NCBI GenBank assembly: GCA_965205945.1
Contig: CBDBIB010000003.1
Location: forward strand, 512,394 to 576,393
Source of the DNA: Bdellovibrionales bacterium
GTDB taxonomy: Bacteria > Bdellovibrionota > Bdellovibrionia > Bdellovibrionales > UBA1609
Direction: 5' to 3'
DNA length: 64,000 nucleotides
Part shown: positions 39,632 through 49,076 of the stretch, in pieces
Layout of the letters: every line of letters begins with the position of its first letter
Numbering within the stretch: the first letter of the stretch is position 1
The notes under the pieces: generated by a model
Databases searched by the model: none
What the model was told of the DNA's origin: nothing
What the model saw: the letters and a program-made list of their open reading frames with translations, nothing else
Made by a program: the position numbers and the translations under genes

Positions 39632-40426
39632 ATGAAGGCCTACTTATCTTTACTCAACAAAGTTTTAACTAAAGGTGAAGAAAAAACAGATAGAACCGGT
39701 ACGGGCACTAAATCATTGTTTGGACATCAATTAAGATTTGATCTTAAAAAAGAATTTCCCCTCGTAACAACAAAGAAAGTTTACTTTAAAGCTGTCATTC
39801 ATGAGCTTCTTTGGTTTTTAAGTGGTGACACTAATATTAAGTATTTAACTGATAATAAGGTAAGAATTTGGAATGAATGGGCTGATGAAAATGGCGATCT
39901 TGGAAGAGTGTATGGTGCTCAGTGGAGATCATGGCAGAAGCCAAATGGTCATAAAGTTGATCAAATTACAAGTGTTGTAAAAAGTATTAAAGAAAACCCA
40001 AATTCAAGAAGACATTTAGTTCTAGCTTTTAACCCTGGGGAGTTAGACCAGATGGCTCTTCCTCCATGTCATGCTTTTTTTCAATTTTATGTTTCTAATG
40101 CAAAACTTTCTTGTCAGCTTTATCAAAGAAGTGCAGATATTTTTTTGGGTGTTCCATTTAATATTGCAAGCTATGCAGCTTTAACTATGATGATGGCTCA
40201 AGTTTGTGGACTTGCTTTAGGTGAATTCATACACACTTTTGGTGATGTTCACCTTTATATGAATCATATTGAGCAGGCTAAAACTCAGTTAAAAAGAGAA
40301 CCAAAGAAACTTCCAAAACTTATTTTAAATGAGCATGTAACAAGCATTTTTAATTTTACGAGTGATGATTTTAAATTAATAGGATATGAGCCGCACTCAA
40401 AAATCAGAGCTGAGGTTTCTATATAA
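39632..40426 (+). CDS. thyA: Thymidylate synthase
   Basis: DRTGTGT, ELLWFL.G, MALPPCH and YQRSAD.FLGVPFN motifs. Confidence 0.97.
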   Translation: MKAYLSLLNKVLTKGEEKTDRTGTGTKSLFGHQLRFDLKKEFPLVTTKKVYFKAVIHELLWFLSGDTNIKYLTDNKVRIWNEWADENGDLGRVYGAQWRSWQKPNGHKVDQITSVVKSIKENPNSRRHLVLAFNPGELDQMALPPCHAFFQFYVSNAKLSCQLYQRSADIFLGVPFNIASYAALTMMMAQVCGLALGEFIHTFGDVHLYMNHIEQAKTQLKREPKKLPKLILNEHVTSIFNFTSDDFKLIGYEPHSKIRAEVSI

Positions 40427-40918
40427 GTGAATATGATTTGTCAGATTGTAGCAGTGGATAAGAATAACTGTATTGGCCGTAGTAATAAAATGGCTTGGCA
40501 TATTCCTACAGATTTTAAATATTTTAAAGAAACAACAAAAGGCCATCCCGTTATTATGGGGAGAAAAACTTTTGAATCTATTGGTCATCCTTTGCCAGGT
40601 AGAGTGTCTATAGTTCTTACAAGGAATTTAAATTTAGAGCTACTTAAAGGGGTTAGGACTGTAAACTCTGTAGATAAGGCGATAGACTGTGCTAAAAAGG
40701 CTACAGACTATGATACATCAAAGATTTTTATCATCGGTGGAGCTCAAATTTATAAAGCCACGCTAGAGAATACGGATCAATTCTTTATTACAAGAGTAGA
40801 CACTCAAATTCAAGGTGGAGATGCCTTTTACCCAGCTTTGCCGCAGGGGTTAAAATTGTTTTCTAGTTTAGAGGTTTTTGATAAATATAAATTAAAATTT
40901 CAGGTATACACTAGATAG
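40427..40918 (+). CDS. folA: Dihydrofolate reductase
   Basis: IVA..N..IG...M.W..P.D, MGRKTFESIG.PLPGR and IIGGAQIY motifs. Start may be ATG 40433. Confidence 0.93.
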   Translation: MNMICQIVAVDKNNCIGRSNKMAWHIPTDFKYFKETTKGHPVIMGRKTFESIGHPLPGRVSIVLTRNLNLELLKGVRTVNSVDKAIDCAKKATDYDTSKIFIIGGAQIYKATLENTDQFFITRVDTQIQGGDAFYPALPQGLKLFSSLEVFDKYKLKFQVYTR

Positions 40919-41013
40919 GCTATGGTATTTGTTATTATAAAAATATTAATGTGTGGTGTTTGAGTGGTTTAAAATATTTTATTAATTAAGTTTTTGTATG
41001 AAAGAGGTTTAAA

Positions 41014-42279
41014 GTGAAAGTTTTACTTGTTGGTTCTGGCGGTAGAGAGCATGCAATGGCTAAGGCCTTAGGTACATCTAAGATAGTAACGGATTTATAT
41101 GCAATTCCAGGCTCTTCAGCCATCTTTAAACTTACAAAAGGTTTACAGCTTGTAAGTCAAAAAGTAGAAAAAAAGAATTTCAAAAATATTTTTAAGGAAA
41201 TTATAAAAAAAGAAATTAAACTAGTTGTAGTAGGTCCAGAAGCTCCATTAGTGGAGGGTTTTTCAGATTTTTTAAGAGAACGAGATGTTTTTGTTTTTGG
41301 CCCTGGTTTAAAGGGGGCAAAACTTGAAGGGGATAAAATTTTTGCAAAACAATTTATGGATGAATTTCTCATTCCAACGGCGAGTTATGCAGAGGTTTCA
41401 GACTTAAAATCTTTAGATAAGGCTTTTAAAAAATTTAAAAAAATGTTGCCCTATGTTTTTAAATATAAAGACTTAGCCGGTGGCAAAGGTGTTTTAGTCT
41501 CAAAATCAAAAGATGAAATTGTTGAATTTGCAAAGAGTTTTGGAGTAAGTGATTTACAAAAAAAAGTGGTGGCTTATTTAGAACAACCTCTTGATGGCTG
41601 GGAGCTTAGTTACATTTGTCTTGTTAATGAAACAGGTTATAAGGCTTGCCCAGTTTTACAAGATCATAAAAGACTTCAAGATAACGATAAAGGGCCTAAT
41701 ACGGGAGGTATGGGAGTAGTGGGCCCATTGCATATTTGTAAAGATTTAGAGTCAAGAATTGTTACAGAGATTGTTAATCCAACTCTAAAAGGTTTTAAAA
41801 AACGAGATATGCTTTACAGAGGAGTTGTGTATTTTGGGGTAATGGTAACAGAAGATGGGCCCAAATTATTAGAGTATAATGTGCGCTTTGGAGATCCTGA
41901 AGCACAATTGATTTTTCCCCTTATAAAGAGTGATTGGGGCAGGGTTATTAAAGCTGTGAGTATGGGACAGGATTTTAGTTTAAAGCAATCAAACCAATAT
42001 GGTTGTGCAGTTGTTATGGCGGCTGCTGGTTACCCTAAAAAACCTATAAAAAATACTGAAATTAAAGGTCTTAGCGCTTTAAAAGATAAAGATGTCTGCC
42101 ATGCTGGAACACGTATAGGAAGAAATTGTGGAAAGTGGAAAGTTAATGGAGGGCGAGTTTTAAATATCTTAGGCTTTGGAAATAGTTTGGATATAGCAAT
42201 TAAAGATTCATACTCTAAAGTTAAAAAAGTGTCTTTTACGGGTGCTCAGTTTAGAGCAGATATAGGCTCTAAACTTTAA
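41014..42279 (+). CDS. purD: Phosphoribosylamine--glycine ligase
   Basis: [28 protein letters not shown] and [10 protein letters not shown] motifs. Confidence 0.95.
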   Translation: MKVLLVGSGGREHAMAKALGTSKIVTDLYAIPGSSAIFKLTKGLQLVSQKVEKKNFKNIFKEIIKKEIKLVVVGPEAPLVEGFSDFLRERDVFVFGPGLKGAKLEGDKIFAKQFMDEFLIPTASYAEVSDLKSLDKAFKKFKKMLPYVFKYKDLAGGKGVLVSKSKDEIVEFAKSFGVSDLQKKVVAYLEQPLDGWELSYICLVNETGYKACPVLQDHKRLQDNDKGPNTGGMGVVGPLHICKDLESRIVTEIVNPTLKGFKKRDMLYRGVVYFGVMVTEDGPKLLEYNVRFGDPEAQLIFPLIKSDWGRVIKAVSMGQDFSLKQSNQYGCAVVMAAAGYPKKPIKNTEIKGLSALKDKDVCHAGTRIGRNCGKWKVNGGRVLNILGFGNSLDIAIKDSYSKVKKVSFTGAQFRADIGSKL

Positions 42280-42360
42280 GATTTAAGTTAAGGGTAAGAT
42301 TTTTTTTAAAAAAAAGAGCTCGCCTTAAGTGTATGTATTATTAGCTTAGTCATACTACCT

Positions 42361-42519
42361 TATTACTGGATTGTTGATCTACTAAATAGGACTTTAGAAG
42401 TTTTTATTTTAGATGAAAAAATTATAAAGCAGACCTTATTTTTGGAAAAAATGATCTGGTTAAGGCTCTTTTTATTTAAGGGCTTTGAGTTTAATCTTGG
42501 AAAGCTTTGGGCAGGATTA
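42361..42519 (+). pseudogene. Uma2 (DUF820) endonuclease-like 3' fragment
   Basis: YYWIVDLLNRTLEVFIL followed, after frameshifts and a stop, by GKNDLVKA...EFNLGKLW. This matches the Uma2 C-terminal pattern YWIVDP..RTLEV. Confidence 0.6.
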
Positions 42520-42658
42520 AAAATTCTTAAGTTCATATTGAAAAAACAAAATATAGCAAAATAAATAATTTAAAAATATAATAAAACTAAATATCCATCT
42601 TAAATGAAAAATTATTTTAGACTTTATGGGGTAACCTTAACTTTTCATTATAAAATAA

Positions 42659-43018
42659 TTAAGCTACTTTTTCAAAGATATTTGAAAGAACATTTTTTTT
42701 TGTTTCACGTTTAGATTCTAAAAAATAAATTAGATCATCAATGATTTGAATATCTTGATTATTAAACGGTGAAAATCTAACCCCACAGCCACGAATATTT
42801 TTCCAAATGATAGTTGCTAAGACTACACGTTTTCTGCCACTTAAGTTTAGGGTGATAGAGATTTTATCTCGAGAATTTAGATCTTTTAAAGAGTTTTCAA
42901 GGAAAGCTCCTGTAAGAGATATGTTTTTTAATGTTCCACTGACAAGGTTTCTTGCATAGTTTTTTTTAAATTCGATATCTAGCTCTAAAGGATATCTAGA
43001 TGAAGGTTTTGTGCTCAT
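42659..43018 (-). CDS. PilZ domain protein
   Basis: R.PL.L.IEF, NISLTGAF ((D/N)xSxxG) and W....GCGVRF motifs. An AAGGAG RBS favours ATG at 43018. Confidence 0.8.
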   Translation of the reverse strand: MSTKPSSRYPLELDIEFKKNYARNLVSGTLKNISLTGAFLENSLKDLNSRDKISITLNLSGRKRVVLATIIWKNIRGCGVRFSPFNNQDIQIIDDLIYFLESKRETKKNVLSNIFEKVA

Positions 43019-43051
43019 AAATATGCTCCTTTTAATAATTTGATCAATCAT

Positions 43052-43078
43052 TGATCGGATATTAGCGTAAAGGGTTTA
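43052..43078 (-). promoter_or_regulatory. Sigma28 (FliA)-type promoter of the PilZ gene
   Basis: The minus strand reads TAAA-N15-TCCGATCA, against the consensus TAAA-N15-GCCGATAA. Confidence 0.6.
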
Positions 43079-43296
43079 ATTTTATCAATTTGAGGCAATA
43101 TTTAACTAAAAAATACAAAGAAAAGTGAAATTTTATATTTTTATTATACTTTAAAAGAGTTTGTTGACAAAAAATAAAGAATAGCCGATGTATAAAAAAG
43201 TACCATAAAGTCGAAGTTTCTAAAAACTCGAAAAGTAATTAAGTACGTAACGTTAATTCCATTTTCAAGATATTATTGTTAATACGTGGGGGATAT

Positions 43297-44988
43297 ATGT
43301 CAGATGATGTTGTTAAACAACAGCCTGAAAAAAGAACTGAAGTAGCTAAAGCAAAAAAAGCCGAAGTTGATATTAAGGCAAAAAAAAAGGAGATTATTAT
43401 AGAAAAGTCCTCTAAAACTAAGCCTATGGGGGTATCGTCGGCTTCTGAAGCAAGACCTTTGGCTGAAACATCAGAGTTTCAACAAACACCTTCTCAAGGT
43501 AGATCAAACAATAATAGAAGCAATAATCGAAACAACCACAGAAGTAGTAATAATCGAAATAACAGTAGTAATAATCGAAATAATAGTGGTGGGAACAAGC
43601 GCCGTAGAGATTTTAATAATTATAGCGGGCAAGGTGGTGGAAATGGGCATTATGAAGATTTTGCTGTGCCTATGGACTCTGTTACATTAGAGAATATTGA
43701 TTTATCAGATATTAAGCTTACAGAAGCTGAAAAATCTGAATTGAGTGCAAAACACCTTAAGGCTAAAAAAATTGCTGATCTTGCCTCATTAGCTGAAAAA
43801 TTTAAAATTGAAAATGCTCCAGGATTAAGGAGACAAGAATTAGTTTTTGAAGTCTTAAAAAGAGCAGCGCTTTTAGGTGATATTTATGGTAATGGGGTTT
43901 TAGAGATTTTACCAGATGGTTATGGATTTTTAAGATCCCCGGATTATAATTATCTTCCCGGTTCAGATGATATCTATGTAAGCCAATCTCAAATTAGAAA
44001 ATTTGGGCTTAGAACAGGTGACACAGTTACAGGTACAGTTAGACCACCTAAAGAAGGTGAGAGATACTTTGCACTATTAAAAGTTGATAGTCTTAACTTT
44101 GGGCCTTATGGGGGGTCTAAAAATAAAATTTTATTTGATAACCTAACTCCTCTTTATCCAGAGGAAAAACTGCACTTAGAGTATACACCTAATGACTATA
44201 CCACTCGTGTGGTGGATTTAATGTCTCCCCTAGGTAAAGGGCAAAGGGCTTTAATCGTTGCGCCTCCAAGAACAGGGAAAACTGTTTTGATGCAAAACAT
44301 AGCAAATGCTATAACTCAAAATCATCCTAATATAACTTTAATTGTTCTTTTGATTGATGAAAGGCCTGAAGAAGTTACAGATATGTCTCGTAATGTTAAG
44401 GGCGAGGTTATTAGTTCAACTTTTGATGAGCCACCAACAAGACATGTGCAAGTAGCTGAAATGGTTATTGAAAAGGCTAAAAGGCTTGTAGAGCATAAAC
44501 ATGATGTGGTTATTTTATTAGATTCTATTACTCGTCTAGCTCGTGCCTACAACACAGTTATTCCTCCATCAGGAAAAATTTTGTCTGGTGGCGTAGACTC
44601 AAACGCACTACATAGGCCAAAGAGGTTTTTTGGCGCTGCAAGAAATATTGAAGAGGGTGGAAGCCTAACGATTATTGCAACAGCTCTTGTCGACACAGGT
44701 TCTAGAATGGATGAAGTGATTTTTGAAGAATTTAAAGGGACAGGCAACTCTGAAATTCATTTAGATCGCAAATTAATGGAAAAACGTATTTTCCCATGTA
44801 TGGATATTAACAAATCAGGTACAAGGAAAGAGGATTTACTAGTTGAAAAAGGTGATTTAAACCGCCTTTGGATTTTAAGAAAGGTTTTAGCGCCAATGAA
44901 TGTTATTGATAGTATGGAGTTTTTATTAGGTAAGCTTGAAAGTATGAAAACTAATGAAGATTTTTTAAAGGGCATGGGGGGCGGTTGA
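43297..44988 (+). CDS. rho: Transcription termination factor Rho with an N-terminal low-complexity extension
   Basis: [43 protein letters not shown] and EEFKGTGN motifs. An N/R/S-rich insert lies at about 43495-43650. Confidence 0.97.
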   Translation: MSDDVVKQQPEKRTEVAKAKKAEVDIKAKKKEIIIEKSSKTKPMGVSSASEARPLAETSEFQQTPSQGRSNNNRSNNRNNHRSSNNRNNSSNNRNNSGGNKRRRDFNNYSGQGGGNGHYEDFAVPMDSVTLENIDLSDIKLTEAEKSELSAKHLKAKKIADLASLAEKFKIENAPGLRRQELVFEVLKRAALLGDIYGNGVLEILPDGYGFLRSPDYNYLPGSDDIYVSQSQIRKFGLRTGDTVTGTVRPPKEGERYFALLKVDSLNFGPYGGSKNKILFDNLTPLYPEEKLHLEYTPNDYTTRVVDLMSPLGKGQRALIVAPPRTGKTVLMQNIANAITQNHPNITLIVLLIDERPEEVTDMSRNVKGEVISSTFDEPPTRHVQVAEMVIEKAKRLVEHKHDVVILLDSITRLARAYNTVIPPSGKILSGGVDSNALHRPKRFFGAARNIEEGGSLTIIATALVDTGSRMDEVIFEEFKGTGNSEIHLDRKLMEKRIFPCMDINKSGTRKEDLLVEKGDLNRLWILRKVLAPMNVIDSMEFLLGKLESMKTNEDFLKGMGGG

Positions 44989-45060
44989 CCTATTCTAGAT
45001 TAAACTGTACTTAATGGTCAACTTGAGTAAAGAATATTTGAATAAATAAAGGACTCAAAG

Positions 45061-45312
45061 ATGAAAAAAGATATACACCCTAAAAGTAGAAAAGTTGTTT
45101 TTAAAGACATCAGTGTTGGGTTTTCATTTTTAACAAATTCAACAGTGAGCACAAAAGAAACAGTTGAGTGGGAAGATGGTAAAGAATATCCATTATTTAC
45201 AACTGAAATTTCAAGTGCATCTCATCCTTTTTATACTGGAACTCAAAAAGTTTTAGATACAGAGGGTAGAATTGATCGCTTTAAAAAACGCTACGCTAAA
45301 CTTAATAAGTAA
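45061..45312 (+). CDS. rpmE2: 50S ribosomal protein L31 type B (Cys-free)
   Basis: [32 protein letters not shown] and [10 protein letters not shown] motifs. Confidence 0.93.
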   Translation: MKKDIHPKSRKVVFKDISVGFSFLTNSTVSTKETVEWEDGKEYPLFTTEISSASHPFYTGTQKVLDTEGRIDRFKKRYAKLNK

Positions 45313-45366
45313 GTTTGTTTCTAGACTTAGGAAGTTAAACTTCTTCATAACCTACGAGGCATTGCA

Positions 45367-46440
45367 TTGTTTCATAAATTAGAAGAATTAAAAAGTAAGT
45401 TTCAAAAATTAGAAAGAGATTTACAAAATCCCTCTATTATCCAAGACAACATAAAATATCAAAAACTTTTAAGAGAGCATGGTGAAATGGAGCCATTGGT
45501 TTCTTGTTATAAAGTGTATATAAAAGTTAAAAAAGATCTTAAAGAGAGCAAGGATTTATTAAAAATCGAGAAAAACGAGGAGATGAGAGAGCTTGTGAAG
45601 CTTGAAATTTCTGACTTAGAAGAGAGCGTTAAACAGCTACTTATGGATTTAAAAATCCACCTTTTACCTAAGGACCCTAAGGATAGTAAAAATATTATTT
45701 TAGAACTTCGTGCTGGTGCCGGCGGTGATGAAGCAGGACTTTTTGCTGAAGAGCTTTTTAGAGGGTACTCTTACTATGCACAAAAAAACTCTTGGAAAGT
45801 TGAAATTCTCTCCACTAGTTTAGGAGTTGTAGGAGGGTATAAGGAGGTTGTAGCTTTAATTAGTGGACAGAAAGTTTATAGTAAATTAAAATACGAAGGT
45901 GGTGTTCACAGAGTACAAAGGGTTCCTAAAACAGAAAGTCAAGGAAGAGTTCACACATCAACAGTTACTGTAGTGGTGGTAACAGAGGCTGAGGCTATAG
46001 ATGTTAATGTGCAAGATAAAGACTTAAGAATTGATGTTTTTAGATCAAGTGGTTCAGGTGGTCAACACGTAAACACCACAGATTCTGCTGTAAGAGTTAC
46101 CCACATTCCTTCAGGTGTTGTTGTGTCTTGTCAGGATGAAAAGTCACAAACTAAGAATAAAGCTAAGGCAATGAAAGTTCTTTACGCAAGACTACTTGCT
46201 TATGAGGAAGAAAAAGCTATTAAAGAAGCCTCAAATACAAGATTAAGCCAAATAGGCACAGGCGATAGGTCTGAGAGAATTAGAACCTATAATTTTCCAC
46301 AATCAAGGGTTACTGATCATAGGGTGAGTTTAACTTTATATAAGCTTGATGAAATTATGAGTGGGGATTTTGATGTTTTATTAGAGCCTTTAGCTGCACA
46401 TTACCAAGCAGAAATACTAAAAAATGAAATGAGCAATTAA
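45367..46440 (+). CDS. prfA: Peptide chain release factor 1
   Basis: RAGAGGDEA, HRVQRVPKTE (PxT motif), GGQ and DRSERIRTYN motifs. Confidence 0.96.
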   Translation: MFHKLEELKSKFQKLERDLQNPSIIQDNIKYQKLLREHGEMEPLVSCYKVYIKVKKDLKESKDLLKIEKNEEMRELVKLEISDLEESVKQLLMDLKIHLLPKDPKDSKNIILELRAGAGGDEAGLFAEELFRGYSYYAQKNSWKVEILSTSLGVVGGYKEVVALISGQKVYSKLKYEGGVHRVQRVPKTESQGRVHTSTVTVVVVTEAEAIDVNVQDKDLRIDVFRSSGSGGQHVNTTDSAVRVTHIPSGVVVSCQDEKSQTKNKAKAMKVLYARLLAYEEEKAIKEASNTRLSQIGTGDRSERIRTYNFPQSRVTDHRVSLTLYKLDEIMSGDFDVLLEPLAAHYQAEILKNEMSN

Positions 46441-46446
46441 AAGGTT

Positions 46447-47265
46447 ATGACTTTAAACGATTTTTTTTATTCTTGTGAAGAAAAAAGCTCACATTTATTT
46501 AAACAGTTTATTTGGATATTAGTGGAAAGATTTCAAGCTTCAGAGGCTAAGCTTATATCAGGAGAGCATAAACTTAGTAGGTTTGAGCAGAGTATATTGT
46601 TAGAGTGGATAGGGCTTAGGAAAAAAGAGTATCCCTTGCAGTATTTTATAGGAAGTGCTGAGTTTATGGGAGAAAAGTTTTTAGTTTCAAAAAAAGTTTT
46701 TATTCCAAGAATGGAAACAGAAGAAATTTCTGCATGGGTTGTTAAAAATTCTAGGGGCAAGAAGGTGAAATCTCTTTTGGATATAGGTTCTGGCTCGGGT
46801 TGTTTGGGCATAGGAACAGCGCTGTTTCTTCCAACTTTAAAAAAACTTGTGCTTATTGAACCTTTTGGGGATGAGTCTTTATCTAAAAATGTAAGGGCTT
46901 TATGTAGTCAAAGATCTTTTAAAACAAAGATTTTAAAAAAGAAATTCCAGGATTATAGTTTTGATCAAAAATTTGATCTTATAATAAGTAATCCTCCGTA
47001 TATTTATTTTAATGATCCAGATGTTGCTAAGGGGGTTTATAAATACGAACCAGCTCAAGCGCTTTTTGGAGGAGTTTTGGGTTGGGAGAAAATTATTAAT
47101 TGGGCTGAGCGCTGTTATGATTGGCTTTTAGAGGAAGGACTTTTAGTTTTTGAAATTTCTCATGATCAAAGAAATATTGTAGAAAAAAAATTAAAAAAGT
47201 ATAAGCCAAAGATCCACAAAGATAGTTTTGGTAAGGATAGATTTTTTGTAATAAAAAAGGTGTAA
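46447..47265 (+). CDS. prmC: Release factor glutamine methyltransferase
   Basis: PLQY..G, VFIPR.ETE, LDIGSGSG and SNPPY motifs. Follows prfA. Confidence 0.9.
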   Translation: MTLNDFFYSCEEKSSHLFKQFIWILVERFQASEAKLISGEHKLSRFEQSILLEWIGLRKKEYPLQYFIGSAEFMGEKFLVSKKVFIPRMETEEISAWVVKNSRGKKVKSLLDIGSGSGCLGIGTALFLPTLKKLVLIEPFGDESLSKNVRALCSQRSFKTKILKKKFQDYSFDQKFDLIISNPPYIYFNDPDVAKGVYKYEPAQALFGGVLGWEKIINWAERCYDWLLEEGLLVFEISHDQRNIVEKKLKKYKPKIHKDSFGKDRFFVIKKV

Positions 47266-47276
47266 GGAGAGTTGCT

Positions 47277-48542
47277 GTGGATAAAATTAATATTAAAGGT
47301 GAGAAAAAGCTTTATGGAAGTGTTAAAATAAGTGGGGCTAAAAATTCAGCATTACCGATACTATTTTCAACACTTTTGGTTGAGGGAAAACACACAATTA
47401 AAAATTTACCGAATTTAGCAGATGTTAATTTTTCATTAAAAATTCTTCAAGAGCTTGGCGCAACATATGCTTTTGATAAAGCCAATGCCACTGCTCAAAT
47501 TAATATACCTGAAAAACTCAAATCTATTGCAGCCTATGATCTTGTTAGAAAGATGAGAGCAAGTATTTTAGTTTTAGGGCCATTACTTGCAAGGCTGGGT
47601 TGTGCAAAAGTGAGCCTTCCTGGAGGTTGTGCAATTGGTAAAAGGCCTATTGATTTTCATTTAAAAGCTTTTAAAAGGCTTGGTGCTAAGATTACTGTTG
47701 TAGAGGGCTATGTTTTTGCAACTTGTAAAAAGCTTAAAGGGGCTGAGGTGTTTTTTGAGCAACCAACAGTCGGTGGAACCGAAAACATCTTAATGGCAGC
47801 AGCATTAACAAAAGGAATTACGGTTTTAAAAAACGCGGCAAAAGAACCTGAAGTTGTGGATCTTGGAAATTATTTATCTAAAATGGGTGTGCAAATTAAA
47901 GGATTAGGAACATCAACAATTACGATTTTAGGGGCTCAAAAGTTACAGACTCCAGAATCACATTTAATAATTAGTGATAGAATTGAAGCTGGGACATTCA
48001 TCTGTGCTGCTTTAATAGCTAAATCAAATATTAATGTTGAAAATATAAATCCAGATCATTTAAAGGCCCTTCTTAAAACCCTTAAAGAGGCTGGGGCTAG
48101 ATTTGAAATTTTAGAAATGAGTATTAAAGTTTTAGGTGCTGAAATTAAAAATTTAAAGCCAATAAATATTAAAACAGCCCCCTATCCAGGGTTTCCCACG
48201 GACCTACAGGCGCAGGTGATGACACTACTCACTCAGGCTGATGGTATAAGTTTGATTGAAGAAGAAATTTTTGAAAATAGATTTATGCATGTTCAAGAAC
48301 TTGCAAGATTAGGAGCTCATATTAAAACTAACTTTAAAAGAGCTCAAATTTTTGGACCATCAAAACTTACAGGAGCCTGTGTCATGGCCACAGATTTAAG
48401 AGCAAGCGCCTCACTTGTTCTTGCAGGTTTAGCAGCTAAAGGCACGACACAGGTGAGCAGGGTTTATCATTTAGATAGGGGTTATGAAAAAATAGAGGAA
48501 AAAATTTCTAACCTTGGTGGGAGTATTGAAAGGATAAAATAA
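47277..48542 (+). CDS. murA: UDP-N-acetylglucosamine 1-carboxyvinyltransferase
   Basis: SGAKNSALP, MRAS, LPGGCAIG.RP, PGFPTDLQ and ATDLRASA motifs. Confidence 0.97.
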   Translation: MDKINIKGEKKLYGSVKISGAKNSALPILFSTLLVEGKHTIKNLPNLADVNFSLKILQELGATYAFDKANATAQINIPEKLKSIAAYDLVRKMRASILVLGPLLARLGCAKVSLPGGCAIGKRPIDFHLKAFKRLGAKITVVEGYVFATCKKLKGAEVFFEQPTVGGTENILMAAALTKGITVLKNAAKEPEVVDLGNYLSKMGVQIKGLGTSTITILGAQKLQTPESHLIISDRIEAGTFICAALIAKSNINVENINPDHLKALLKTLKEAGARFEILEMSIKVLGAEIKNLKPINIKTAPYPGFPTDLQAQVMTLLTQADGISLIEEEIFENRFMHVQELARLGAHIKTNFKRAQIFGPSKLTGACVMATDLRASASLVLAGLAAKGTTQVSRVYHLDRGYEKIEEKISNLGGSIERIK

Positions 48543-49076
48543 AAATGCTTTTTTTTTAAACAAGAGTTTAAGTAAGAGCATTAAAGAGTTTTTTTAAACT
48601 ATCTGGCTTTAGAATATAAAATATTTTAGATTTCATTAAAAATTTAAAATAAGAAAGCTTAGTAAATACTTTTTTTGCTTTTGATCTAAAATTAATTATT
48701 ATAAATTTTAAAAAAGTTTAATTTTTTTATGGTTCTTCACCTATACACTTAGACTAAAGATTGTTTAAAAAGGCTTGGCTAAACTAGTTATTTTAAATAG
48801 GTCTTATGAGTACATAAACAGCTTAAGAATATAAAAGAAAAGTAAATACTTATTATTATCTTAAAGATAAAGCTCACAGTTTCTTTGTTGTAGCCTCTTG
48901 CTAAAGTTTTCTGGATTTAAAGGTTAAACTTTGCGGTGAAAGAAGAATAATAGGGATTTTTTTTGCTTCAAACGTATTTAAGTGTAGAATGTAAAATTAT
49001 CCTGTAATTATATTAGTTTATAGACTTTGTGCCAGTATGAAATCAGGTTTTTAAATGAGGATTTAAAGGAGGGCTA

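Noticed and set aside
43164..43196. Promoter for rho (TTGACA ... GCCGAT/TATAAA)
   Set aside because: The spacing fits neither sigma70 (21 nt to TATAAA) nor sigma28 (no TAAA 15 nt upstream of GCCGAT).
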